NCBI RefSeq assembly: GCF_016432865.1
Contig: NC_067400.1
Location: 623,286,001 to 623,350,000 of the forward strand
DNA: 64,000 nt
DNA from: Antechinus flavipes
Lineage: Eukaryota
Reading direction: 5' to 3'
Shown piece by piece: positions 20,279 through 31,900 of the stretch. The translations under genes and the position numbers were made by a program. The notes under the pieces are model-generated. The model was not told the DNA's origin. It saw nothing but the letters and a program-made list of their open reading frames with translations, and did not search any database. Every line of letters starts with the position of its first letter. Positions within the stretch are counted from its first letter, which is position 1.

Positions 20279-21220
20279 ATATCAAAGGAAGAAATGATGC
20301 GACCTGGTGACCCATGGAGGCAAGAAGGGGGGAGGAAAGGAGGGATGACCTTTTTACCTGTGCAGAACCAGAAGGGGGAGGGGGAAAGAGGGGAGGGGAA
20401 AGAAATCAAAACAGACACTGGGAAGGGAGGAAAAGAGGGGAGGGAGTAAGACATGGAGACAACTTAATACAACTTGAGATGCATCAGACTTGTGGTCCCG
20501 GCAGCTCCCACGGCGGCGGCGGTGACTTGGCATTCGGGGTGACGTCCTCTTGACTACAGCAGCATTTCAGGGCGGGGGGGTGCAGGTGTACAGTCCGAAG
20601 CAACTTCCCCCCCAGCCCCAGACAAGATGAAGCCCCCCCCCTTCGGGGGAAAGGGCGGCAAGAGTCTCTTCAAGGTGGGGGGTGAGAGCAGGGCGGATGG
20701 GGGGGAGGGTCGTTACCCCCCAGAGCTGGCTGAAGGTACCCCCTCTTCCTTCTTCCCCCCAGCCCCCTCCTGCGTGGGGGGGCATGGGGCACCGGCCGGG
20801 CGCCTGGGACGAGCTCAGGAGAGAAAGAGAGAAAACACTGAGAGAGTGTTAGTGGGGGGGCGAGATCAGGGCAGACAGACCTACAGATCCCCGGCCCGCC
20901 ACCCACTATCCAAACCCTCCCCGCTTCCCACCCGAGGCCCACTCAAGAAAATAAAAACGTAGAAAAATTCTCTGTACAAAATCCCTGGGGTTTCAAAGGC
21001 GGGGAGAGGGGAGGCAAAGGCTCCGGCCCCGCCTCTCCCATCTGTACATCCCAGTCTGTGGCTCAAAGAAACCAGTTTAAACCAGTAAACGCTGATTGAG
21101 GTGGGGGGCAGGGGTGGCGAGAGACCTCCACCAGCCCCGTCTTGTCCTTCCTAACCCCCCTGCTGGCCCTGGCAGGCGACCGGGCCCTGGCCCCAGCCCC
21201 AACCCGCCCCCTGCAGGCGC

Positions 21221-24200
21221 TCAGAAGGTGGGCAGCTGCGCCACGCTGAGCCGGCAGTCGATGCTGGTGTTGTCGGGCCCCATGTAGCCTAGGCCCAAGG
21301 GGGCCAGAAAGGCTCGGCAGGCGGCCTCGCCCTCGAAGGCCAGCTCCCCCTGCACGAAGGAGACGGGCAGCGCCGGGCGGAAGCTATGGAGACAAGAGGA
21401 GACATGGATGAAGGGTGGGGGGAAGAGACGGGGCCCAGGGACCCCCAGGAAATCGGTACTATCCCCAACCCCTCCCTCCTGGTCCCAGCTGAGGGACCCA
21501 ATGCGTCCAAGGCCAGGATTGTAGGCCCAGAGGAGGCCCCCCGGGGACGCCCTCCCCCCCGGAGCATTTCAGGCCGGGGAGAGGAGAAAAGCTCCATCGG
21601 CCGCCGGCTCCCACGACCCCCCGCCCCGCCCCACTTACCTGTGCAGGGAGGTAGGGGAAGGTGAGGGGGAAAGACAAGAACAGAGATGAGGAACCAGGAG
21701 TCCGAGGCTCCCGGCCCTCAGAGAGGGGAGCACAGCTCTGGCTGTGGAGCTGGGAGGAGGCAGGACACGGAGGGAGGGGGAGAGGCTCCCGACAGAGCAG
21801 CAGCAGGAGAGAGCAAAAGGAAGCCCCAGGCTCAGGAACGTGCGGGATACGGACACACACGCGCGCGCACACCGGCCACAAGCAGTCGCCCATCCAGGGG
21901 ACACAACGCACACACTCACGGGGAAGCGACACAGATCGAGGGGCTGGAGACCCCAAGTGCGGCTCCACCTGGGAAAGGCCTCGGCCCGCCCTCCGGGCTG
22001 CCAGGCCCCACAGCCCAGGGCTTAACAGTCAGAAAACCTGGGTTCAAATCTACGTTCAGCCCCGTCAGGGGCCCCTCCCGTCTCATCAGTAACAAGGATG
22101 TCGGGCCGGACGTTCCCGGGAGACCTACAATCCAAACCCGGGCCGTGCCGAGGGCTTCCGAAGGAAGCGACCTTGGCCAAGAGGCACGAGTTCATCTTCC
22201 GGCCCGATTGTGCCCCAGTGCCCCTTGGGCGCAAGCTGGCGTTGGAAAGAACTTTCCATGTACATCTACAGCCCGAGAACAGGAGCCCAGCCAGGGGCCT
22301 GCAGGAGGCACTGGCCCCAACGGAAGGGCTCTCTCTCTCCAGACCGAGAAGCTGGGAGCACAACTGTCCCAGAGCCCGAGACTCCCCAAGGAGACAGCAC
22401 AAGTCAGAGAAAGGAGCGGTTCCCAGAGCTAATGCCCACCCAAGTGGGGAAGCGTACACAGAAGACCGCCCAGCAGCCCCGACCCTCGCTAGCATGAGAA
22501 AGAACCACGACCAGAGAGGCTGCCCTCGTCCCCAGCAGACAGACCGGCTGACGGGGCAGCATCAGGTACGAGAAGAGAGACTGCTGGCGGAAAAATCAGG
22601 ATTCAGAGCCACACCCCACAGAGGAAGACACTTCCTGCCCCTGAGCCCCATGGGCCACTCGGGCTTCCCAACGCCTCCAACGAAGGCTCGCAAAAAGTCT
22701 AAAATGCTGCAGGGGGGACGGGCCGAGATGGTCTGAAGGGACACTTGGAGACTTGAGCCAGATCAGCCTATAACAAGATAAAGTCTAAACGTGTTCATGA
22801 TTTCGAGCTAAAAGGTGATACTAAAGGCAAATTAGGAGAGTAAGAGATAGTCTACCTGTCACATCTTTGGAGAAAGAAGCAATTTACGACCAAACAAATA
22901 GAAAGCATCATGACAACTTTGATGACAGTAAATCTAAAAGTTTTTTCACAAACAAAACCGATGCAGCCAAGACTAAGAGAAGCAAAAAACAATCAGTGTT
23001 TCTGATGACGTCCTTATTTCTAAGATATAGAAACGAGTCAAATTTGGAATACAAGTTCTTTTCCCACGATAAATGGTCAAAAGAAATGAAAACTTTCATG
23101 ACATTAAAGCCATGTGGTCATGTGAAAAAATGCTCTAAAATCATTAGACAAATGCAAATTAGAACAACTCTTGAGATATCATCTCATACCTCTCAGATTA
23201 GCCAAGATGACTGGAAATGATGATAAATGTTGGCAGAGAGGTGGGAAAACTAACACACTGGTAGAGTTGTGAACTGATCCAACCATTGTGGAAAACATTT
23301 TGCCCCAAAGAGCTGTAAAACTATACCTTTTGATCCAACAGTCTACCAGTTCCCAGAAATCACAGAAGATGGAAAAAGAAAAAAGTTTCTAACAGCCCTT
23401 TTTGTGGGGGCAAAGAATTGGAAGAAGAGTGGCTGCCCCCTCAGTCGGGGAACGGCCGAACAAGTCGTGGTATATAAATGTAATGAAATACTATTATTCT
23501 GTAAGAAATGATGAGCAGGCAGGTTTCAGAAAGGCCTGGGAAGATTCACATGAACTGATGCGCAACGAAACATGAAGAACCAGAAAAACATTGCACACAG
23601 CAACAAGATCATTCGATGGCCTGAGACAGATTTGGATCTTCTCAGCAATGCTCCAAGGCGAATGCAAGAGACTTGGGGGGAATGCTTTCCACCTCCAGAG
23701 AGAGAACTATGGAGACTGAATGTGGAGAAAGATCTAATATTTTCTTTTTTTTTTCCTTTCTCTTGGTTTTTCTCTTTAGTTCTGATTTTCCTCCCAACAC
23801 GACTCATATAGAAATGTTTAAAATGAGCGTACTGTGTAACGTCTATCAGCTTGTTTGCTGTCTTGGGGAGGGAGAAGGAAAGGAAGGAGAAAAAATGTGC
23901 AAATCAATCTTACAAAAATCAAAGTTGAAAATTATCTCGAGTAATTGGAAAAATAAAACACTATTGAATTAAAAAAAAGAAATCTGTACAGATGATCAGG
24001 GACTTCAACAGGCAAGATCCTCTTATGTCCATGTGTATTAAGGCCTCAAGCAAGTGAGGGTCTCACTGCTGTAGACACAGAGAGGCCTGAACTCCTAAGT
24101 CTCTGCTGTTTCCCCTAGGTATTTAGGGTCAAAGTGTACAGAGCAGCAGGCCAGGATCTCAAAAAGAACCGAGTTCCAATCCATCTTTAAACACTAGCTG

Positions 24201-27200
24201 CACAACCTTGAGCAAACCATCTCTGCCTCAGTGTCTCCATGTGTAGAATGAGGAAAACAATAGCCTCAAGATTAAGAGAATCAAATGAGATAAAACCGAA
24301 GTCTTTAGCATAGCGTCCGGCACGTAGTAGGCACTTAGTAAGTTTCCTTCCTGGGATTCTAAAATAAAACTAGGACTGAGAAGTAGAAACTCTGCCGAGG
24401 CCCAAGGGCTATAGTTGAGTAAGCCCTGGTTCTAACAAACTAAATGTAAAAGACCAAAGGCCACAGAAGACACAAGAGCAAGTGCCTTCAGACCAACAGG
24501 AAATCGCAGGCTAAGACACGAGCTCAGCATCTGCCGAGGGAGATGATGAGACAGACAAGACAAGCAATGGGGAGACCGCTCGGCAGCTGTCGTGGAGAAG
24601 AGGATCAAGAATGGATGGAAGGGATTGGGCTCATTAACATGAAAAGAGAGAGGGAGAATATGAGAGACAGAGACACACACAGAGACAGACAGAAGCATGG
24701 GAGGGGCTGAGCTTCTGGGCTCCGCCAAGGACAGAGAGCCACCTGCTTAAGAGGATGTTCTCAGCAGGAGAGGGATGCCCGAGTGTTCTCGAGACCAAGT
24801 CCCGTGACCCACAGGAACACTGCCCTTTTGGGGGCTGCTGAGCCAAGAGCTGGATGAGCCCAGGGTCGCGGTGAATGCGGGAGCACTGGCGGGCTGGAGA
24901 AGGTACAAGAGCCAGCAGCCCAAGCAGCTTCCCCCCAACAAGATCCGGTCTCACCGACTTTCCCTTTGCTCCTAAGCTGGTCCATCAGGGAAACTGCCTC
25001 TAGCTTACCTAGACTTTAACTGAGCATTTAACAGCCGACTGGGAAAAAAGGTGCAGGTTAGCCGAGTTGAGACCGTGAGGAGGCCCCCTGGCTGCCAAGT
25101 GGCTGGAGCTAAAGCTGAGGCGTGAGTGGGTGGCGGGCTCAAAGCACCCAGAGCTTCACCCCAAGGAGCTCCGACACCAGCTTGTCCAACCTTTGTGTGT
25201 TTGGGCTGTTTTTGACAGTTGAGGAAACTGAGGCCCAGGGAGCTTTAGTAAGTGGCCCAAGGTCACAGCCACAGGCAACTCTCTGAGGTGGAATTTGAAC
25301 CCAAGCCCTCTGAGGTGTGCCCCAGGCCGCCCACCTCTAGCAAAGTCCCGGGGACTCGGTGCTGCTCAATAATCCCACCAATGGTTTTGAAAAGAGACAG
25401 CGGAGGCCCCAAGGACAAGGTCCAGCACGCAAGGGGATCTGGGGTGCCGGTCACCTCCCTGGGGGGTTCTGCACCCCATAAGCAGCCTGGGGCACAACAC
25501 CCAGCCACAAGGAGCACATGGGAGCACTCCTGGAAGCCACACTAGAGGGAAGGGGCTGGGAGGACGCTGCTCTGAAATGAAAGCGTCTGGGTGGGGGTGG
25601 GAGTGCAGCAGAGCAGGCTGCGAGGCCTCCTGGGCCTCCCAGGAACGAGGGCTTAGAGGGGGGCCCGGGAGCGACGGGCTGCCTGAGGCCGAAGGGCAGG
25701 CTGCGGCAGTGAACGGAGCAGCATTGCCGGCTTTGGGGGATAGCGGAAAAGGGTTCCTTCTCGGGTCTGGGCTGAACTAGAGGAGGACCTGAAGTTCTGA
25801 GGCTCCTGGGGCGCCTCGGGCTGGGGGATCTCCTCACACAACTCAGCCTGGGGGCTCAAGGGCACTTCTAAAGTGACTCGGCAACGGTGCAGGGCAGAAA
25901 CAAATGAAGGGAGGCTTTGGGAGGAACGAGAGGAAAGAGTCGGGGGGCTGGGAGGAAGAGGGGAGACAAAAGGACAAAAATGGGAGATGCCCAGGGAGCC
26001 GGGGAGGAGACAAGAGAGAGCGCAGTGACAGGGAGAGCAGCGGGGGCCCGCCCCTGAGGAGCGGGCACACGAAGAGCAGGCCGAGGGGAGGGGCAGGCAC
26101 AGGAATGAGCACGTGGGGGGACTGGGCGGCCCTCACATACGTTTTGATCATGGCCTTGAGAGCAGCCTTCCGTTCCCTATCAGCAAACTTGTCCACAAGG
26201 TAGCCTGACATGCAGGGCGCGTTTCGGTAGAGCTGGAAGAAACGGTGGTAGTTGCCCAGAGCCCAGGCCGCCCGCAGCGCCAGGGCGTGTGCGACACAGG
26301 GGTCCGCCTTCAGCTCTCGGGTCAGGTAAGCCAGCTCTGTGGTGATGTCTGGGGAAGAGCAGAGGCAGTGAGCGGCGCCCCCCAAGCAGCCGCCCCGCCC
26401 GCCGGCACCTCCCCCGGCTCACCCCCCGAGTTCTTGGTGAAGATGTAGTAGAGGATGCGGTACGCGGTGAACTCCCCGACGTTGCCCGGCAGGTTTTCCG
26501 CATACAGAGACTTGAGCTGCGTCTGGCACTGGTTAAACTCCTCGTGGTCGCCCTGAGGGGGACAAGGACAGATGAGGCTGCGACAGTCCCGAGGGTCCAA
26601 GAGTGCTTCCAGGGAAGGAAGAAGGGAGGGGGCTAGTGGGAGGGAGAGTGGGAAGGAGGGAGGGGACGGGCAGAGGGGGCAGCTGGGGAGGGAGGGAAGG
26701 AGGGGGTGGGCAGAGGGCACGGCTGGGGAGGGAGGGAGGGAAGGAGGGCGCGGGCAGAGGGAGGGAGGGGGCCCGGCCTGCTCACCTTCTCCAGGGCAAT
26801 GCGCGCGTGGGTTTCATACACCTCCACTGTGAACTCAGTTCGGACACCTTGGACCTGAAGGAGGGAGGGAAGCTTAGAGGCTCGACCCCAGGCCCGCCCC
26901 CCCCACCTCCCACTGCCCGGGCCTGGGTCCCAGACTCACTGTCAGGTCCTGGCGGATGGACTTCATCTGCTCACAGGCGAAGGCGTAATCCTGCTTCTCC
27001 TTCCAGTGAGACTTCACCATGGACAGCGACTTCTTCAGGATCTGAAAGGCCGGAGAGGCTGCTGAGCCCAAGCCTGGGAGAAGGCTGCAGGGAGGACCCC
27101 GCCCCCAGGGGCCGCCCCAGGGCACTCACAGGCACGGGCCTCACGGTGGAGGGGTCTGGCGCACAGGTCAGCCGCAGGTAGTGTTTGGTGATGTCCGGGC

Positions 27201-30200
27201 AGGTGCCCACGATCTTGAGTTCGTTCCAGTCAGGGTCAGCGCTGCCGCCATCCAGGCTGCCCATCTGCAGCACCAAAGGCTCCAGGCGCAGGCGCCGGGA
27301 ATGCCCGTGCTGGAACCGCGCCGCCCGTTTCTGTTTCTTCAACTCCCGCTCGGGGTCCTCGCACTCCATGGCGGCCGCCGGCTTCTTGCGGCTGCGCTTG
27401 GCGGGGATGAGGTCGTGCCTGTACGAGAGGACGACCGTTAGCTGCGTCCCAGCCGGTCGCTGGACAAAGGTGCTGGGGATGGAGAGGAAGCTCCCGGGGA
27501 AGCTGGAGGGGGACGCCCCCCCTTCCCGTCCTTGCCTCTTCCTCCCCCTCGGTGAGACCTCACCTCTTCCCCCGCTGCACTCGCCCTCGCCCCCGGTCCA
27601 TGTGAGCGCCCCGGCCGCCCCGGCCTTTCGGTGGTGGGTTTCTTCGCCCCCCTGGGTGACACTCGCTGCCCGAGTAGGAACTATCTGAGTCTGAATGCGA
27701 GTCACTAAGGGAAACGCAGGGGAGGGAGAGAGAAAACAAGAGGGCTCAGCCCAAGCCCGGGGCTTCTCGTCAGCTGGCCCCCTTCCCGGCGGCCCATGGG
27801 CCCAGGGCTCCCTTCCGATGCCCTTCCCGTTACCTGCGGCGGAAATGACGGGAAGGAGAGCGGGAGGAGGACCGAGAGCGTGAGTCTGTGCTTGAGGAGG
27901 AGCTGTTATCCTTCATGAACACGTTCCGATTCCCAAATTTGGTGGCAAAGCTGCTGCCGCGCCCCCGGCCGGCGCTCCCGGTGCCGCCTGCCCCCCGCTG
28001 GGGCTGCGTCCCCCCGCCCCGAGGTGTCCCCCCGGCTCCTCGGGCGGGGTGAAGGATGGACGAGGCTTCCCACCGCTTCTTCTTGGGGCTCTCTGTCACA
28101 GCGTCCCGGCTCAGCCTGAAGGGAAAGGACGACAGTCCCCCCCTTAGCTCTGGATCGCGGCGCTCCAAGGCGAGTCGGCCAACAACCAGGAGCGCCGCCC
28201 CCCGGGGACCGGCCCGGGCCCAGTCCCGTGGGAGCCCCGGCCTCTCCCCCGCCTCACCCCGGCAGCGGCTCTCGGCTCCAGTCGATGGTGTAGGCCGAGC
28301 CGTCCTGGAGCCGGGCCTGAAGGACCTCCTTGAGAAGCTTCTCCGTCCGGTCCTTGTCCTCCTCAGACTCGCAGGCGGTGAAGCAGCGCTGGACGTACTC
28401 CTTCATGTCTTGGGGCCAGTCCTCGGGCTTCCCCGATAAGTTCCGGTTCGGGGGCATGCCGCTGCAGGGAAGGCGGGGACAGAGACACGTCACGGAGATT
28501 CGCGGGCCCTGACCCTCGCCCACTCCCAGGAGGGGCCGGGCCCAGGCGTGGGGGGGAGGGGGGAGTCACCTGTGGCCCTGGGACTTCTCCGCATTGGCCT
28601 GGGCCCCGAAGCCGCCGTGTTGTCCCTCGGAGCCAGAGTTAAAGTTCTGGCTGGTGACCACAAAGGGCCGTTTCTGGATGTTGAACTTGACACTGGCTGC
28701 TCCTGGGGCTTCTGGGAAAGGTAGAAAACAGAACCCTGAGGGCCGGGGTCGTCTGCTCCAAAGGGGAGGAGGGAGGAGAGTGGAGAGGCTGCCCCGTTAG
28801 GCTGGTTTATACAGGAAGGAGGCAACCCCAAGGGGGACCCAAGGGCGGCTTCAGGGCCTCCGCCCCGAGGCTCCCACAACCACCACGCTACCACCCGCTC
28901 GGGCCTTCTGAGCCCAGACTGGCCGAGGAGCCGACACTCACGTTTCATGCGGTTCCACAGCTGCTGTCCTTTCTTGGGCTTGGGGGGTTCCGAGTAACCG
29001 TGCTGCCCGTAGGCCTGATTGGTGACCGGGCTGGCTTGCCCGTGCTGGGCCGAGGAGGCCCCGGGCTGAGCCCCACTCCCCAGCGTGTGGCCTGCGTGTT
29101 GAGGGGGTGGGGGTGGCTGAGGGGGCTGGGCTGCTGGTAACTGCTGAGGAGGGGTCGGATAAGACATCGATTCTTCCATGCCGGGAACTGGAGGCTAGCA
29201 AGGTAAGAAACATGGTTACCGCGGGGAGGCCCCGATCGAAACCAGACATCAAACTTGGCCCACAACTCGTGGCCTGGAGCTTGTGAAAAAGCGACCGGGA
29301 AACCTTTGAGGAGACACACGGGAGAAAGCCAAAAGCTTGGTTCCTAGGTTAACATGTGACCCACAGATCTGCCTCCCTTCGATGCCACTGTTGCAATGTT
29401 TGGCTTGAGTGAGGGCTGGGGCAGAGCAAGGAGTACTTATGGACCCTGCTGGCAGCCAGCTGAAGACCAGGGACTCCTCTCAGAAGGCTGCTGGGCTGGG
29501 TTTCTTAAAGTCCTTGACAAACAAAAATGCTACATTTGCACAGGAAAAACTTAAAAACCTACGCCCTTTTTTTGCCCATCCAGTTCAGAATCGCCAAAAC
29601 TTACTCCATAGATAAGAACCCCTGCTATTGACAGCGGGAGAAAAGTGGGGGGAAGAGCCAAAGGGAGACAACAGCCGGTTCCATAGCTCATAGCAGGAAG
29701 GGGCCTTAGAGGCCACCGATTTCCCCCCTCCCACTGGACAGAGCCAGCAAAGACAGAGACACACAGAGCCAGGGGTCGTTATCTACGACACCAATCAATG
29801 GAGCGACCTCAGATTTGCAGTAGTTTTGCTGGGTTGGTGCAGAGAATTCTGCTCTCATCAATAATGAAATCCAAGCACGTAGTGGCTTGCTCGGTCCCAC
29901 AGCAAGAACGTTAGAGGCCGTCCAGCCCAAGAGGGGGAATCGGAGAAAAAGGCCCCAAACAGTCTCCCCACAGGCCCTGCGAGCACCTGAGCTCTCTGAC
30001 TATTGGGATCCCCTCCACCAAGAAAGATGAGCCGCAGGGGTGGCCAATCAGAGAGAACGGGACTTTACGTGGTTAACCCTTGGGAGAGTCTCCCTGCCTC
30101 CAGGGATCTCAGGCTCCTCATCTGGACTAAGCGGACAGACCCCGGTCCGGCGGCCTGGGCCCCGGCGAAGCAGAGACAACCGAGCGCCCCCTGGTTCTTA

Positions 30201-31102
30201 CCTGGGTGAGGCCCCCCTGGTGCTGCCCAGGGGTCGCCGCCTGCTGCGGGGCTGCCGAGGCGTAGGTGGTGGTCAGGCTGTACTGGCCGGGGGAGCCGTA
30301 GCTTTGGTACATGTTCTAGGAGACAGGTCAGGGGTCAGTGGGGGGGTCAGGCGGCCGCCCCGGCCCCCCCTCTGGCCCCGGCACTCACCATGGGGTAATA
30401 GTAATTGTAGGGGTAGGCGTAGTTGTATTGCTGGTACCACTGGTAATACTGCTGCTGCTGGAGCGCCGCCGCGTCGGCCTGAGCCACGTACTGAAGGGAC
30501 ACGGGGGGGGGCACAGAGTGAGGGACACGGACACCCACCCTCCTCCCGGGAGCTCCGAAATACACTTGGGGAAAAGAGGGGAAGGGCCAAGGATGACTCC
30601 GCTCCAGCCTCCCGGCCTCCCGGCCTCACTTCCCAGACACGCTGGGGGCCCCCTCCCCCAGTGCACAGAGAAGCGGGCGCAGCCGGCAGGGGGAGCCTCA
30701 CCTGGGCAGTGGCCACCTGGCCATTGCTGCTGGTCTTGGCCGAGCTGCCCGTGGCGCTGGCTTTGCTAATGCTGGCCAGGGCCTGGCGAGCCTTCTCCCA
30801 CTCGGGATTCTCGTGCATCGGCGCGTCCATGCTGCTCTCCCGGGCTGGCCCGCTGCCCAGGCTGTACTGGGCTGCCCTGCGGACACAGGACATGACCTCA
30901 TAGACTCATGGAACTCCGGGGTGGGGGAACCCCGGCGCCGGGGCGAGGGGGCGGCAAGCCGGGCTAGGGCGGGGCCCAGTGACCCCTCCCTCTTCCGGGC
31001 CCCGCCCATGCGTGGCCCCTTCCCCGGACCCAAGGGAGGTCGGGCCGCCCCCCGGCCCACTCACCACTCGGCACCGCGCTGGTCCCCCACATTGGCGGCC
31101 AT
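21221..31102 (-). CDS. LENG8: LENG8 (SAC3/GANP-family PCI protein), 803 aa
   Basis: Coding exons (minus): 31102-31065, 30876-30702, 30490-30389, 30315-30202, 29194-28942, 28711-28570, 28461-28258, 28115-27834, 27704-27564, 27418-27130, 27041-26940, 26854-26786, 26552-26423, 26348-26141, 21383-21221. All are GT-AG, totalling 2412 nt in one frame. MAANVGDQR...[13 protein letters not shown]...[13 protein letters not shown]...[14 protein letters not shown]. Confidence 0.97.
22755..23979 (+). mobile_element. 5'-truncated LINE-1 (ORF2 C-terminus + 3'UTR + A tail), antisense within the LENG8 terminal intron
   Basis: aaatgcaaattagaacaactcttgagatatc (MQIRTTLRY-like), tgttggcagagag (C-terminal region), marsupial L1 3'UTR, ending aataaaacactattgaattaaaaaaaa. 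Confidence 0.85.
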
Positions 31103-31279
31103 CCGGACCTCGGGCTGGGCGCGGGGGTCCCAGGACCGCGGCCCCCTGCTCACTGCGGGGAGAGGGCGGAGGTGAGGAGAGGGCGCGGAGGGTGGGACGG
31201 CGGGGGCGCCCCCGGCCCGCCCACACTAAGGCCGGGAGGCAGGGCTGTGGTTCTGGAGGCGAAGGGCCGGCGGGCCGCC

Positions 31280-31900
31280 ACCCCGCCTCTGCGCCTGCGC
31301 ACCGGGGCCAGGCTTGCTTTTTCCCCCCTCCCCCCCGCACCGTCCCCGCCACGGGCGCGCGCCTCCAGACCTCGGGGTCTAAACTGCCCGGAGAGGGCGG
31401 AGGCCGCGCATGCGCAACGTCCCCACCGAGACCCAAACGCCCAAGTGGTGGGAATCGCGCATGCGCGGTGGCGCCGCCACCCCGCCGTTGAGGTTCGCGT
31501 CTGGGCCGTTGGCCCGGGGCCGCGAGGGCGGACGGGGTCTCGAGCCCTGGCGGAACCCTGTAGACGCACGGAAGCACCGCCGCAGGACCCCCACTCTCGC
31601 ACCCTGCGCCCGCCGCCCGGCCCGGCCAGGCCCAAGATGGCGGCACCAAAGGCTTCCTCACCTGACGGCGGCTTCTTCCTCCGGCGATGAATCCAACGCG
31701 CGAGAGACGGCAGCAGAGGAGGAAGGGACGTGGCGAGGGAGCGCACGCGCACAACGTCAGCACGCCGTCGCGCGCCCCGCCCCGTAGCCATCGCAAAGGC
31801 CAATGGGACATTCCAAACCCGGCCTGCTCCTAAAGGCTCCCCTCCCCCGTCCGAAGCTTTAAAGGACTCGGAATGACGACGAGAAGGACCAATGAGAAGA
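31280..31900 (-). promoter_or_regulatory. LENG8: LENG8 CpG-island promoter and non-coding exon 1 (donor at 31662/31661)
   Basis: CAG|GTGAGG donor on minus; YY1 consensus CAAGATGGCGGC at about 31633-31644; NRF1-type GCGCATGCGC at 31406 and 31457 and TGCGCCTGCGCA at 31290; CCAAT at about 31800 and 31889. Confidence 0.75.

Noticed and set aside
24067-24586. Another cassette exon in the LENG8 terminal intron (acceptor ctccacgacag at 24587)
   Set aside because: The acceptor is plausible, but the only donor candidate is weak and about 520 nt away across a MIR, so support is insufficient.
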